In this document: piece by piece, positions 50,353-61,019 of the stretch | Layout of the letters: each line of letters begins with the position of its first letter | Position numbering within the stretch: the stretch's first letter is position 1 | Assembly (NCBI GenBank): GCA_041640595.1 | Contig: JBEPZY010000009.1 | Coordinates: forward strand, 64,001 to 128,000 | Length of the DNA: 64,000 nt | Source: Gemmatales bacterium | GTDB lineage: Bacteria; Planctomycetota; Planctomycetia; Gemmatales; HRBIN36 | Direction of reading: 5' to 3' | The notes under the pieces: model-generated | Told to the model about the DNA's origin: nothing | What the model saw: the letters and a program-made list of their open reading frames with translations, nothing else | The model's database searches: none | Made by a program: the position numbers and the translations under genes

Positions 50353-51468
50353 GTGGTTATGCTGAGGGAAGTGCTGCAAGCTGCCGTGCATGCTGTGACC
50401 GATGGTCAACCGGCAGTGCTATGCTCGGTGGTCGAGACGCGCGGCTCGACACCTCAAAAAGCCGGAGCCGCCATGCTGCTTTTTCCCGATGGCCGGCAAG
50501 TAGGAACATTGGGAGGCGGCTGTGTCGAAGCCGAGGTCAAGCAGCGGGCCTTTCGTTGCACCGACCCTCACCGACCACAACTCCTGACCTTTCACCTCGA
50601 CCATGATTACGGCTGGGATGACGGTTTGATCTGCGGTGGGCGAATGACCATAGCCGTGCAGCCTCTGGTGTCGCAGGCATGCTCTGCGTCCGTCGGCGAT
50701 TACTTTCAGCGCTGGCTCGAACATCTGGCGTCGGGGAAAGGCAGCGTCGAGGTGGTGGCTCTGTCAGCAGGGGAACACTGGTGCCCGGCAGCACGATGGT
50801 TGTTCGACGGGGAAAGGCGATTGGTTGCTTCGCTGCACGCGCAGACCGTACCGGAGGCGGTTCCGGCCCTGCTGGCTTCGATCCATGCACGACCGCGTCC
50901 CTTTAGCCGGGACGGATTCGCGATTCTACCGATCGCCCCACGAATCCGGTTGCTCATCGTAGGGGCAGGGCATGTGGGGCAGGCTGTTGCTCGTTACGCC
51001 GCGGAAGCCGACTTTGCCGTCTGGGTGCTGGATGACCGGGAAGCCTATGCCAACCGCCAGCGATTTCCCCAGGCCGAGCGCATTCTGGTCGGGTCGCATG
51101 GAGAGATGTTACAACGGCTGCTCCAGCATGAGATCACGCCGCAAACCTATTGCGTGATCGTTACGCGCGGCCACCATCACGACGAAGAAGCGCTGTATTA
51201 TCTGGCGAACAGCCCGGCCGCGTATGTGGGTATGATCGGTAGCCGCCGCAAAATTCGGCTGATTTTTGAGGATTTGCTGGCGCGAGGCGTTCCCAAAGAA
51301 GCGTTGCTTCGCGTCAAAGCACCGATTGGCATCCCCATTGGCTCGCAGACGGTGCCGGAGATCGCCATTAGCATCGTGGCGGAATTAATCGCATTTCGCA
51401 ATCTGGGCAGGGAAGCGGAAAGTTTGCGGAATTGCAAGCCGGTTCCGGTGATCGAGGATGGCCCATGA
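50353..51468 (+). CDS. XdhC/CoxI family molybdoenzyme maturation factor
   Basis: GSTPQKAGA, GTLGGGCVE, GLICGG, GAGHVG, GMIGSRRK, PEIAISI. Confidence 0.93.
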   Translation: MVMLREVLQAAVHAVTDGQPAVLCSVVETRGSTPQKAGAAMLLFPDGRQVGTLGGGCVEAEVKQRAFRCTDPHRPQLLTFHLDHDYGWDDGLICGGRMTIAVQPLVSQACSASVGDYFQRWLEHLASGKGSVEVVALSAGEHWCPAARWLFDGERRLVASLHAQTVPEAVPALLASIHARPRPFSRDGFAILPIAPRIRLLIVGAGHVGQAVARYAAEADFAVWVLDDREAYANRQRFPQAERILVGSHGEMLQRLLQHEITPQTYCVIVTRGHHHDEEALYYLANSPAAYVGMIGSRRKIRLIFEDLLARGVPKEALLRVKAPIGIPIGSQTVPEIAISIVAELIAFRNLGREAESLRNCKPVPVIEDGP

Positions 51469-52067
51469 TCGCTGCCATTGTCCCGGCAGCTGGCAAAAGC
51501 ACGCGATTCGGGCGAAATAAACTGGCACTGTCAATCGGCGGTCGCACGGTGCTGGAGCGTGTTACCGATGCGCTTCGGACTGGTGGTGCATCGCCGGTGC
51601 TTATGGTCCTTTCCCCTGAAAACGCCCCGCTGGCGGATCTCGTGTCGCGTGCGGAAGGCCTGCCGCTGGTGCTGGACGAACCTACTCCGGATATGCGTGC
51701 AACGATTGAAGCGGGTCTGGCCTGGTTAGCCGACCAGTTCCCAGGAGCACTGCGCGGCTGGCTGGTATGCCCTGCCGACCATCCAGCCGTTCATCCGAGC
51801 GTTGTTCGGGCGCTGATCTCAGCCTTTCATGCGGGTCCAGCCGATGCCGTGTACGTGCCGACTTATAACGGTCAACGCGGCCATCCGGTATTGTTGGGCT
51901 GGCAGCATGCCGAACGATTCCGTCGGTTTCAGGAATCGGCCGGCCTCAACGTGTATGTGCGCCAGCAGATTGTCGTGGAAGTACCAGTAAACTGGCCCGG
52001 CATTCTCTGGGACCTGGATACGGTCGAAGACCTGGCCCGGTTCCAGACTTTCCCCGGTTCGATGTGA
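51465..52067 (+). CDS. MocA/YgfJ-like nucleotidyltransferase
   Basis: PAAGKSTRFGRNK, PADHP, RGHPVL, DLDT. Confidence 0.9.
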   Translation: MIAAIVPAAGKSTRFGRNKLALSIGGRTVLERVTDALRTGGASPVLMVLSPENAPLADLVSRAEGLPLVLDEPTPDMRATIEAGLAWLADQFPGALRGWLVCPADHPAVHPSVVRALISAFHAGPADAVYVPTYNGQRGHPVLLGWQHAERFRRFQESAGLNVYVRQQIVVEVPVNWPGILWDLDTVEDLARFQTFPGSM

Positions 52068-52808
52068 GAAATGGCCAGACCGTAGAACTGTGGAGTGACC
52101 GGGCCGTTTGGTTGGCGCCGACCATGACCGGCAGGGCGCAGGCGGAGCGACACCGTTTCGAGCGCTGCAAAGCAAAACAGCATTGCCGCAAAACGCTACA
52201 GAGGCCCAGGCGATTACCGGGATAAGTTCCTGCCGAGCCGGTCTCTTGGATTTTTCACAGTCGCAAGTTGTTACCGCAGCGGGCAATACGGCGCATGTTC
52301 GGTGGTGATGGTTCTGGCACCGTCCTTGCTGCTGACTTAGGAATGGTGGGGCTTGCAGGCGAGTCGTAAGTCCCACGGAGAGGCCCAACTCTCCCGACCC
52401 TCCCCACACCTTCTGGGCGCGAGGCGAAACCGCAAGCGAGTCCCGGTGCACAGCCTCGCGCCCAATCTTTTTGCCCGACCGCTCTGCCAGATCGGTCGCA
52501 CCAGTTAGGCGAATTCACGGTTATGGGCTATCGAAGAAAGGTGCGCACCCTCGAATGAGCCTGGCTCGGTGAAAAGGAATGGTAATTCGAGGAACGATCG
52601 TCCTGGCTACCCGCGGAGAAGTGGTGTTCCTCGCTCGTGAGTCTGATGGAGCGTTTGCCCGGTTGCGAATCGCTTTCGGGTTTCGGGACGGAAAAGCCCG
52701 TTTATTGGCTGCCCCGGTGCATCAACTTTTCGGGCGGCATGGCCGTAATTTCAGGCGTTGCCAGTTCGCCAGAGGTGTGCTCTGCGGGGAATAAGTCTGC
52801 CCTGGTCG

Positions 52809-55800
52809 TCACCGTCGCGACTGCCGAACCGTGGCCAGGCGTTGATAGGCGGGAAAGCGATCCTGGATCGCACACACCTGGATTTGCCGCTGTCGCAAAG
52901 CTCGACAAGCCTGAACAGCAGCTTCGGCTGCCGGCAAGGTCGTGATGCAGGTGACCCCTAATTGCACGGCTGTCGAACGGATTTTTCCTTCGTCGGTGTG
53001 ATAACCGCGACCGCTGGGGGTGTTGATGATCAAAGCGACTTCGCCATTGCGCATGAGGTCGAGGAGATTCGGCCGACCTTCCTGAATCTTGGGAATGATA
53101 TCCACCGGTATTCCGGCAGCTTTCAGATGTTGACCGGTGCCCCGTGTCGAGATAATGCGATAGCCGAGAGCGGCAAACTCCCGGGCAATCGGTACAATCC
53201 GCTGCTTGTCGCGATCGTTGACGGAAACGAAAATGGTTCCGGCAAGGGGCAAGGGTGTACCGGCAGCCAGCATACTTTTGGCAAACGCCATGGGGAAATC
53301 ATCGTCTATACCCATGACTTCGCCGGTGGACCGCATTTCCGGCCCCAGGACAATGTCCACTCCTGGGAACTTATTGAACGGCAACACGCTTTCCTTGCAA
53401 GAAAAATGTCGGGGCGTGGGCGGTTCTTCGACTCCAAGTTCGTCCAGTGTGTAGCCGACCATCACCAGTGCGGCATAACGAGCCAGCGGGAGTCCCACTG
53501 CTTTGGACACAAACGGCACAGTGCGACTGGCCCGCGGATTGACCTCCAGAACGTAAATTTGCGGTTCGCCTCGCCCATCCAATCCCGTAATTGCAAACTG
53601 GACGTTCATCAGGCCGCAAACCTTCAGTTCCCGCGCCAGCGCACGGGTCTGCTCGCGGATAGCTTCGACGACTGGCTCCGGCAAACTGTAAGGCGGAATC
53701 ACGCAGGCCGAATCGCCAGAATGCACGCCGGCCTGCTCAATGTGCTGCATCACACCGCCAATGATCGTTCGCCGCCCATCGCACAGCGCATCTACATCCA
53801 CCTCGACGGCATCTTCCAGGAACTTGTCAATCAGCACGGGTTTGCCAGGCGACACCTCCAGGGCACGGGTTACGTAGCGAACCAGCGCTGGCTCGTCATA
53901 GACGATTTCCATGGCCCGACCACCGAGTACGTAACTGGGCCGCAATAGCAGCGGATAACCAAGCCGCCGGGCCACCCGCAAGGCCTGCGGTAAGTCGTAG
54001 GCCACGCCGCTTTCCGGTTGTCGCAATCCCAACCGTTCCACCAGAGCACTGAAGCGTTCGCGATCCTCGGCCAGATCAATGGAGTCCACGCTGGTGCCAA
54101 TAATCGGCAACCCGGCGGCTTCCAGCGCTTTGGCCAGATTCAACGGCGTTTGTCCGCCGAATTGTACAATCACGCCATCAGGACGCACCTTTTGGCAAAC
54201 GGCAAGGACATCCTCGACCGTGAGCGGCTCGAAGAACAGCAGATCGCTGGTGTCATAATCGGTGGAAACGGTCTCCGGGTTGGAGTTGATCATCACCGTC
54301 TCAAAACCGGCCTCGCGCAAGGCAAAGCAGGCCTGCACGCAACAATAGTCGAATTCGATGCCCTGGCCAATACGGTTCGGCCCGCCGCCGAGGATGACTA
54401 TGCGTTTGCTGTGACCCTTGGGACGCACCTCATCTTCGCAGACGAGTTCTACACGAGCCTGACCATTCGTCGAAGGCTCCACCAGAGCTGCGGCCGGTCG
54501 TTCATAGGTGGAGTAATAGTAAGGCGTGTAGGCTTCAAACTCCCCCGCGCAGGTATCCACGCATTTATAGACCGGTTCTATTCCCAGGCTGATGCGGTGG
54601 CGGCGAATTTCGGATTCGCTTACACCCCAGATGTGGGCCAGCTGATGGTCGCTGAAACCATATTGTTTCGCCTGGCGCAGAAGTTCGGCATGAACTTCAC
54701 GGTAGTCGCTGTAGCTTCGCAATCGCTTTTCCAGTTCGACAATTTCCTCGATTTGCCGTAAGAACCAGGGGTCTATATGGGTTCGCTCCGCGATATCCTC
54801 CACCGCCATGCCAGCCAGCAGGGCGTAGCGGATGTAGCGGATTCGTTCGGCGTTGGGAGTGATGAGTTTGCGGCTGATTTCTTCGAGGGAGGGCTGTTGC
54901 GGGGTTCCCCATAAATCGTGGCGGTCGCAACCGAGGCCAAACCAGCCAGTTTCCAGACCGCGAAGAGCCTTTTGCAGGGATTCCTTGAAATTTCGGCCAA
55001 TGGCCATGGTTTCGCCGACCGACTTCATCTGGGTAGTCAAAGTGGGGTCGGCTTCCGGGAATTTTTCAAAAGCCCAGCGCGGAATTTTGGTCACCACGTA
55101 GTCAATGGTCGGCTCAAAGCAGGCCGGCGTCTCTCGGGTAATATCGTTACGGAGTTCATCCAGGCGATAACCCACCGCCAGTTTCGCGGCAATTTTGGCA
55201 ATCGGGAACCCCGTCGCTTTGGAGGCCAGTGCACTGGAACGACTCACCCGCGGATTCATCTCGATAACCACCATGCGGCCGGTCTTTGGGTCCACGGCAA
55301 ACTGGATATTGGAACCTCCCGTCTCCACACCGATTTCCCGAATGACGCGGATGGCAGCGTCGCGCATCCGCTGGTATTCCTTATCGGTGAGGGTTTGGGC
55401 AGGGGCAACGGTGATGCTATCGCCCGTGTGCACGCCCATGGGATCGACATTCTCAATGGAACAGATAATAACAACGTTGTCGGCGTTGTCCCGCATCACC
55501 TCCAGCTCAAACTCCTTCCAACCCAGTACCGATTCTTCAATCAGGACACTATGAACCGGACTCATTTCCAGGCCGCGGGTTGCCAACTCCGTGAATTCCT
55601 GGCGGTTGTAAGCGATGCCGCCTCCGGTGCCGCCCAGGGTGAAACTGGGCCGTAACACACACGGCAAGCCCACGTAATCGCGCAGTGCCAGCGCTTCTTC
55701 CAAGCTGCGTGCCAGACCGCTTTTGGGAACCTCCAGGCCGATTCGCAGCATCGCCTCTTTGAAAAGCAGCCGATCCTCGGCTTTGCGGATGGCCTCCGGC

Positions 55801-56156
55801 TTGGCACCGATCATCTCAACGCCGAACCGTTCCAGGATGCCGCGTTCATGAAGGGCGATAGCGGTGTTCAGCCCTGTCTGACCGCCGAGCGTTGGCAACA
55901 ACGCATCTGGCCGTTCCCGTTCGATGATGCGAGCCACTACTTCCCAGGTAATCGGCTCGATATACGTGCGATCAGCCATTTCCGGATCGGTCATGATGGT
56001 GGCGGGATTGGAATTGACCAGCACCACCTCATAACCTTCCTCCCGCAGGGCTTTGCACGCCTGGGTACCGCTGTAATCAAACTCACACGCCTGGCCGATA
56101 ATGATCGGCCCCGAGCCGATGATCAGAATTTTGTGGATATCCGTTCGTTTGGGCAT
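52809..56156 (-). CDS. carB: carbamoyl-phosphate synthase large subunit
   Basis: [17 protein letters not shown], duplicated ATP-grasp domains, MGS domain. Confidence 0.98.
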   Translation of the reverse strand: MPKRTDIHKILIIGSGPIIIGQACEFDYSGTQACKALREEGYEVVLVNSNPATIMTDPEMADRTYIEPITWEVVARIIERERPDALLPTLGGQTGLNTAIALHERGILERFGVEMIGAKPEAIRKAEDRLLFKEAMLRIGLEVPKSGLARSLEEALALRDYVGLPCVLRPSFTLGGTGGGIAYNRQEFTELATRGLEMSPVHSVLIEESVLGWKEFELEVMRDNADNVVIICSIENVDPMGVHTGDSITVAPAQTLTDKEYQRMRDAAIRVIREIGVETGGSNIQFAVDPKTGRMVVIEMNPRVSRSSALASKATGFPIAKIAAKLAVGYRLDELRNDITRETPACFEPTIDYVVTKIPRWAFEKFPEADPTLTTQMKSVGETMAIGRNFKESLQKALRGLETGWFGLGCDRHDLWGTPQQPSLEEISRKLITPNAERIRYIRYALLAGMAVEDIAERTHIDPWFLRQIEEIVELEKRLRSYSDYREVHAELLRQAKQYGFSDHQLAHIWGVSESEIRRHRISLGIEPVYKCVDTCAGEFEAYTPYYYSTYERPAAALVEPSTNGQARVELVCEDEVRPKGHSKRIVILGGGPNRIGQGIEFDYCCVQACFALREAGFETVMINSNPETVSTDYDTSDLLFFEPLTVEDVLAVCQKVRPDGVIVQFGGQTPLNLAKALEAAGLPIIGTSVDSIDLAEDRERFSALVERLGLRQPESGVAYDLPQALRVARRLGYPLLLRPSYVLGGRAMEIVYDEPALVRYVTRALEVSPGKPVLIDKFLEDAVEVDVDALCDGRRTIIGGVMQHIEQAGVHSGDSACVIPPYSLPEPVVEAIREQTRALARELKVCGLMNVQFAITGLDGRGEPQIYVLEVNPRASRTVPFVSKAVGLPLARYAALVMVGYTLDELGVEEPPTPRHFSCKESVLPFNKFPGVDIVLGPEMRSTGEVMGIDDDFPMAFAKSMLAAGTPLPLAGTIFVSVNDRDKQRIVPIAREFAALGYRIISTRGTGQHLKAAGIPVDIIPKIQEGRPNLLDLMRNGEVALIINTPSGRGYHTDEGKIRSTAVQLGVTCITTLPAAEAAVQACRALRQRQIQVCAIQDRFPAYQRLATVRQSRR

Positions 56157-56425
56157 GGTGGCGTAATGGATTTCCTGGTAATCAGCCTGGAAAGAGACGG
56201 TTTCACCTGGGCTGGGGTAAGATGCTACCAGCTAACGCCCTTCCGGCGCGCTCCCGTCCATGTTAGGGAATCTTTCTTGTGGTGAAAAGAGCGCAGCCTA
56301 AGCCGCACTTCGGTCTGGCCGGCTTACGGAAACAAAACACACCCTATCCGGTGGCCTGGCAAATTATTCCGACCGCTTTTCGCCCGACAATGCCCAGAAC
56401 CGGAACTTTCGGGCAGAGCTTAGAG

Positions 56426-57175
56426 CTAATTGCGGCTCCTGAGCAATGCCAGGAGGATGTAGTAGAAGAGCGTTACGACAGAAGCAAACAGTCCCAGGGC
56501 GGCAGCGACATGCTGGTCGGTGCGATAGTGATACATCACGTTGGAAGTCTGGTAAATAATCGCTCCGCTCACCAGGCCCACCATCGCCAGTGCAAACCAC
56601 AATCCCAGATTGAATCCGAACAAAATGGCGGCGACAATCAGGCCCAGGGCCAGCCAGGAAAGCACCCAGAGAATCGGCCCGAGGTAACTGAAATCTTTGC
56701 GGGTCGTGAACACGCAAGCCGTCAATCCACCGAACACCGCCAGCGTCAAAATGGCGGCCTGACCGATGAGTGTTGGTTCGCCCAGCACGTGCTTTACCAC
56801 AAACAGCAGCGGCAGGCAAATAATCGCCTCTGCAACCGTGTACACGGCCAGGCCAGCATACTGCAAAGCTGGCGAAGCGTCGGACATCGCCCACTTTTCC
56901 GCCAACCAGGCCACCAGCATGAATAGCCCCAGCACGACCAGCCAGCTGTAGTTTCCCAGCGCGACCATGCTCTTCAAGATTTGCACCGATAACGGCCACA
57001 AGGGCACCAGGAGCAGGTACTCGATGGCTACGAAAGCTAAAAGTGCACCGGCCACATGCGCATACACTCGGCGAATAAAAGCCGCCCGTTCCGCCGGAAT
57101 CGCAAACGCTGCTGGCAGCGAACGCACATCCTGACCTTCGTAGAATTCGTACTCGGCCGCATGGTATTGGGACAT
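56426..57175 (-). CDS. Bax inhibitor-1/YccA family membrane protein
   Basis: FIRRVY, TRKDFSYLG, IIYQTSNV; about 7 TM; AAGGAG RBS. Confidence 0.9.
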   Translation of the reverse strand: MSQYHAAEYEFYEGQDVRSLPAAFAIPAERAAFIRRVYAHVAGALLAFVAIEYLLLVPLWPLSVQILKSMVALGNYSWLVVLGLFMLVAWLAEKWAMSDASPALQYAGLAVYTVAEAIICLPLLFVVKHVLGEPTLIGQAAILTLAVFGGLTACVFTTRKDFSYLGPILWVLSWLALGLIVAAILFGFNLGLWFALAMVGLVSGAIIYQTSNVMYHYRTDQHVAAALGLFASVVTLFYYILLALLRSRN

Positions 57176-57328
57176 GGCTAGCTCCTTGTAAGCAGGTGCC
57201 ACACTTTGCTTACCCCCGCTGACCAATTTTAGCACCGCAGCCAGCAACATTCAATAGAGCCACCAGCGAGTGTCGGCCTTCGCTTATTAGCGTTATGACG
57301 ACTGCAACCAGGTCACGGCCGAAGAAAC

Positions 57329-57439
57329 ACAGAAGGTCGTCGTGACTCGCACGTCAGCCATCCGCGCAAAGACGAGCGAAACCGGTCACACACGCACAGC
57401 TGACGGAAGGTCACCGGGATTTGCACGTCAGCTATCCGC
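57329..57439. repeat. 37-bp direct repeat pair with 37-nt spacer
   Basis: ACAGAAGGTCGTCGTGACTCGCACGTCAGCCATCCGC vs copy at 57403 (30/37). Confidence 0.87.
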
Positions 57440-57550
57440 TCTGCGGTCGGATGTCGTGGCAGAAGAGACACGGAAGGGCGCCCATTGCGCTTTCTACAAT
57501 GCCATCGGTCAGGAACGGCAAGCAGCTCGTTCACGAATGGAACTTTTGCC

Positions 57551-58123
57551 ATGCCCGCAAGCAGCGCCTATCCAGAAACGATTGCCTCTTTGCTGCAACC
57601 TCGCCTGATGGCTCTGGGGCCGGGTGAGCCGGTACTGGAACAGCGTCCGCGTTTGGAACGGCTAAGCCCCGAGCATCTCCTCAAGCCGGGACAATCACTT
57701 GCCGACCAATCCGCCGCCGCATGTTGCCTGGCAGGGCTCTGGCTGCTCTACGACTTTCTCGACGAATGCCATGGCATTTGCCAGCGGATTTCGACTGCGG
57801 AGGGCAGTTACTGGCACGCCATCATGCACCGCCGCGAACCAGACGAGGGTAACAGCAAGTACTGGTGGCGGCGTGTCGGTAACCACGCCATTTTTCCGCA
57901 GCTTGCCCGCGAGGCGTCGGCGTTAGCGTCGAAGTTTGGCCAGCTGCCTTCGTATGCGACATGGCTAGCTGACGGGCAACGCTGGGATCCTTTTTCGTTT
58001 GTGGATTTATGTGCCACCGTTCGCGACACCGGCTCGCCCCTGGAAGTGCTCTGCCAGCAAATACAACTTGCGGAGTGGCGTCTCTTGTTTGATTACTGCT
58101 ATGCTCGGGCGGTGGTCGGTTGA
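57551..58123 (+). CDS. conserved-looking hypothetical protein
   Basis: GSYWHAIMHRREPD..NSKYW, WDPFSFVD motifs. Confidence 0.75.
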   Translation: MPASSAYPETIASLLQPRLMALGPGEPVLEQRPRLERLSPEHLLKPGQSLADQSAAACCLAGLWLLYDFLDECHGICQRISTAEGSYWHAIMHRREPDEGNSKYWWRRVGNHAIFPQLAREASALASKFGQLPSYATWLADGQRWDPFSFVDLCATVRDTGSPLEVLCQQIQLAEWRLLFDYCYARAVVG

Positions 58124-59124
58124 GACACTTCGGATGAATCAGGAAGCAGCCGGACGAGCAGCGTCTCCAGCACCAATCGCGGTGGCAGATTGGTGCTTTT
58201 GAGTTGGGAGTCGGCTTGCAGAAGCCAGTCATACAGCCGCAACGCTCGCCGACCAAGACGCCGCAAAAGCACCAGCACACGTTCACGCTGCCACGGTTGT
58301 AAACCCACACGCGGCAACGCCTGCTGCTCGGTCCAACCCTGCCGCAACAGCCGCGCTATCTGAGCTACTTTTCGCAATTGCCAGCTCAGCGCTGCCAGTA
58401 TGGCCAGCGGTTCCTGGCCCTGATCGAGAAGCTGGTTCAAGATGGTCAGGGCTCGATGGCCCTCTCCCGCACCTGCTGCCTCCAGAATCTCCCACACCGT
58501 TTGAACCCGATTTCGGGCCACCAGACCATCCACGTCCTGCACCGTGATGGTGTCGCGCGAACCAACGTAAACGGCCAATTTCGCAAGTTCCTGCTCCAGC
58601 AAACCCAAATCGCCACCGGTCAATTCCACAAGTAATTCCGCCGCGTCGCTGCTGATCTTTTTGCCGTGCACGTTCTCCGCTCGCGCTACGAACCAGGGTA
58701 CCAGCTGCCTGGGTTTGGGCGGGTCGCAAACGATTACCGCGTCGCCCGGCAAAGCCCTGGCCAGTCGGGTATTGCTCGCCCACTTGTCAACCAGCAAAAC
58801 CAGCACTGCCGTCGCACTGCCCCCTGCCAGTTTCTCCAGCGATTCCCGAAACCGTGATACAAACCCGTCGGCATCATCTACCACGATCACTCGCCGCGGA
58901 CCCCAGAGTGCAGGCGTTTGCAACTCGCTGAATACTTCCGCCAGATTCTCGCTTTCCCCAGTGTAAAACGACCGCGACCAGTCCGAAGCATCTTCGCCAG
59001 CCAAACGGCCTAACAGTCGCTCCAGCACCAGCCGTTTCAGATACCGATCGCCGCCTGCCAGCACATAGATTGGTCGAACGCTACGCAGGGGTTTGTTTTC
59101 CGCCAGGAATTGCAGTGCATCCAT
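58099..59124 (-). CDS. holA: DNA polymerase III subunit delta
   Basis: PIYVLAGGD, LQTPALWGPRRVIVV, LEQELAKL..Y. Confidence 0.9.
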   Translation of the reverse strand: MDALQFLAENKPLRSVRPIYVLAGGDRYLKRLVLERLLGRLAGEDASDWSRSFYTGESENLAEVFSELQTPALWGPRRVIVVDDADGFVSRFRESLEKLAGGSATAVLVLLVDKWASNTRLARALPGDAVIVCDPPKPRQLVPWFVARAENVHGKKISSDAAELLVELTGGDLGLLEQELAKLAVYVGSRDTITVQDVDGLVARNRVQTVWEILEAAGAGEGHRALTILNQLLDQGQEPLAILAALSWQLRKVAQIARLLRQGWTEQQALPRVGLQPWQRERVLVLLRRLGRRALRLYDWLLQADSQLKSTNLPPRLVLETLLVRLLPDSSEVSQPTTARA

Positions 59125-59179
59125 TGTGCTTCGCCGCCACGATCAACGTTCATTTCGCCTCAGGCTTCATTGCCTTGTT

Positions 59180-59608
59180 TCATTGTATCGGGCGTGGCTG
59201 CGGTAGCTGCAAAGGCGGTGGCGAGGATAGTCGCGTGGCCTCGGGAACTGGCAACGGTGCCTCCCCTTCAGGCGGTAACGCTCCGGGGCCAAACCAGTAG
59301 CCCGGCATGTGCACATAGTAGTTGTAGTACGCATAAGGGTACCAGTAGTAATCGGTGGCAAACCGGATGTTCGGATAATACCGCCATGCCGATGGATAAT
59401 ACAGCTCCACCTGGGAAAAGTTCGGCTGTACCGGTGGGACATAGGGAATGAAAACTGCCCCGGCGGGATAATAGTGGCTGATGGATGGCACCGTGCTCAC
59501 CCGTACGAATACCCGTCCGCTCGGACTGAGTATTTCCTGGGCCGTGGCTTGCCCGGATGCCCACAAAGCTACCACGAAACACGCTGCCACGCACCACTGA
59601 TTTTTCAT
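59180..59608 (-). CDS. secreted Tyr/Pro-rich hypothetical protein
   Basis: AAAGGA RBS, signal peptide ending ATA-Q. Confidence 0.7.
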   Translation of the reverse strand: MKNQWCVAACFVVALWASGQATAQEILSPSGRVFVRVSTVPSISHYYPAGAVFIPYVPPVQPNFSQVELYYPSAWRYYPNIRFATDYYWYPYAYYNYYVHMPGYWFGPGALPPEGEAPLPVPEATRLSSPPPLQLPQPRPIQ

Positions 59609-59795
59609 TCCTTTTCTCCCTGTCGCACGGTTACCGTCGGCCCGTCAAGTCATGGCCGGGGTCCGGGAAACTTCGCCCGATTTTTCTCGTGGGGCACTTT
59701 CTACCAGCCAGTCCAAGCATAGCTTACGGGGAAACTCTCGGCCAGTGTCTGCGGCTGAGCGTTCGCAAAGCCGCCCGCACTATACAATGGCAGGT

Positions 59796-60986
59796 ATGCG
59801 GGTGCTGCATTTTGATTGCTTCAGCGGTATCAGCGGCGATATGACCCTGGGAGCCCTGGTGAGCCTGGGTGTCCCGCCGGAGGTTATCCACGATGCTCTT
59901 GCCCAGTTGCAGCTGCCTGTGCGAGTCGAGTTCGAAGCTGTGAAGCGTTGCGGTTTTGCCGCCATCCACGCCCGCGTAATTGCAGAAGAGGATGTTGCTC
60001 ATCACAGGCATCTCCGCGATATCGAGGTCATTTTGAACCAGAGCCGATTGCCTGAAGAAGTTCGCCAACTCGCCGGGCGTATCTTTCGCCGTCTGGCCAG
60101 CGCCGAAGCAACAGTGCACGGGCAACCCGTGGAAACAGTGCATTTCCACGAAGTTGGGGCTCTGGACAGCATTGCGGATATTGTGGGAGTTGCTGCCGGC
60201 TTGTGCTGGCTGCGAGCCGAACGCTATTCGGCAAGCCCGGTGCCTACCGGTTACGGTCAAATACGCGGTGCCCACGGTTGGATGCCGATACCCGCTCCCG
60301 GAACCCTGGAACTGCTCAAAGGCGTGCCGCTGGCTCCTTCCCAAATTGAAGCGGAATTGACCACGCCCACCGGTGCCGCCATTCTGACCACCCTGGTTCA
60401 GGAATGGACTCCGACGCCTGCCCTGACCGTGCAGCAGGTGGGTTACGGTGCCGGCAGCCGCGATTTTCCCGATCGGCCTAATATTCTCCGCCTCATCCTG
60501 GGCACAACTTCCGGCCTGTCTGGTGTGGTGGAAGAAACCGTCGCCGTGCTCGAAACGCAACTCGATGACGTCAGCCCCCAGGTGCTGGCTTATTGTCAGG
60601 AACAGCTCTTTGCCGCGGGCGCCCTGGATGTTGTGCTACAACCGGTTTACATGAAGAAGAACCGACCCGGCACCTTGATTACCGTGCTGGCCCGACCGGA
60701 ATCAGTAGCGTCGTTGGAAGCGATACTATTTCGCGAAACGCCCACCCTGGGAATTCGCCACTATATTTGCACCCGTCATAAACTTCCTCGCCAGCAAGCC
60801 GAGGTGCAAACTCCCTGGGGCAACGTCCGCGGAAAAATAATTCACCTTCCCGCTGGCCAGGTGCGTTTCGCTCCGGAGTACGAAGACTGCGCACGTATCG
60901 CCCGCCAGACCGGTTTGCCAATTCACATCGTTCGCGAAACGGCCCTAAAATGTTTTCAACCGCCCGCTACTCAACAACAGACCTAA
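59796..60986 (+). CDS. larC: nickel pincer cofactor biosynthesis protein LarC
   Basis: DCFSGISGDM, VHFHEVGALDSIADI, ELTTPTGAA, MKKNRPG, PEYED. Confidence 0.95.
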   Translation: MRVLHFDCFSGISGDMTLGALVSLGVPPEVIHDALAQLQLPVRVEFEAVKRCGFAAIHARVIAEEDVAHHRHLRDIEVILNQSRLPEEVRQLAGRIFRRLASAEATVHGQPVETVHFHEVGALDSIADIVGVAAGLCWLRAERYSASPVPTGYGQIRGAHGWMPIPAPGTLELLKGVPLAPSQIEAELTTPTGAAILTTLVQEWTPTPALTVQQVGYGAGSRDFPDRPNILRLILGTTSGLSGVVEETVAVLETQLDDVSPQVLAYCQEQLFAAGALDVVLQPVYMKKNRPGTLITVLARPESVASLEAILFRETPTLGIRHYICTRHKLPRQQAEVQTPWGNVRGKIIHLPAGQVRFAPEYEDCARIARQTGLPIHIVRETALKCFQPPATQQQT

Positions 60987-61019
60987 GTCAGGGATTCCTG
61001 TCACAGGGAGCGCGGAACT

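Noticed and set aside
52355..52480. 12-bp stem TGGGCGCGAGGC/GCCTCGCGCCCA and weak period-77 similarity downstream of carB
   Set aside because: No match to SRP RNA or riboswitch motifs I know, and the direct-repeat similarity is patchy.
4647..57439. Calling the mini-arrays functional CRISPR arrays
   Set aside because: Only 2-4 degenerate copies each, different repeats at each locus, no cas genes or leader visible; reported as repeats with a hypothesis instead.
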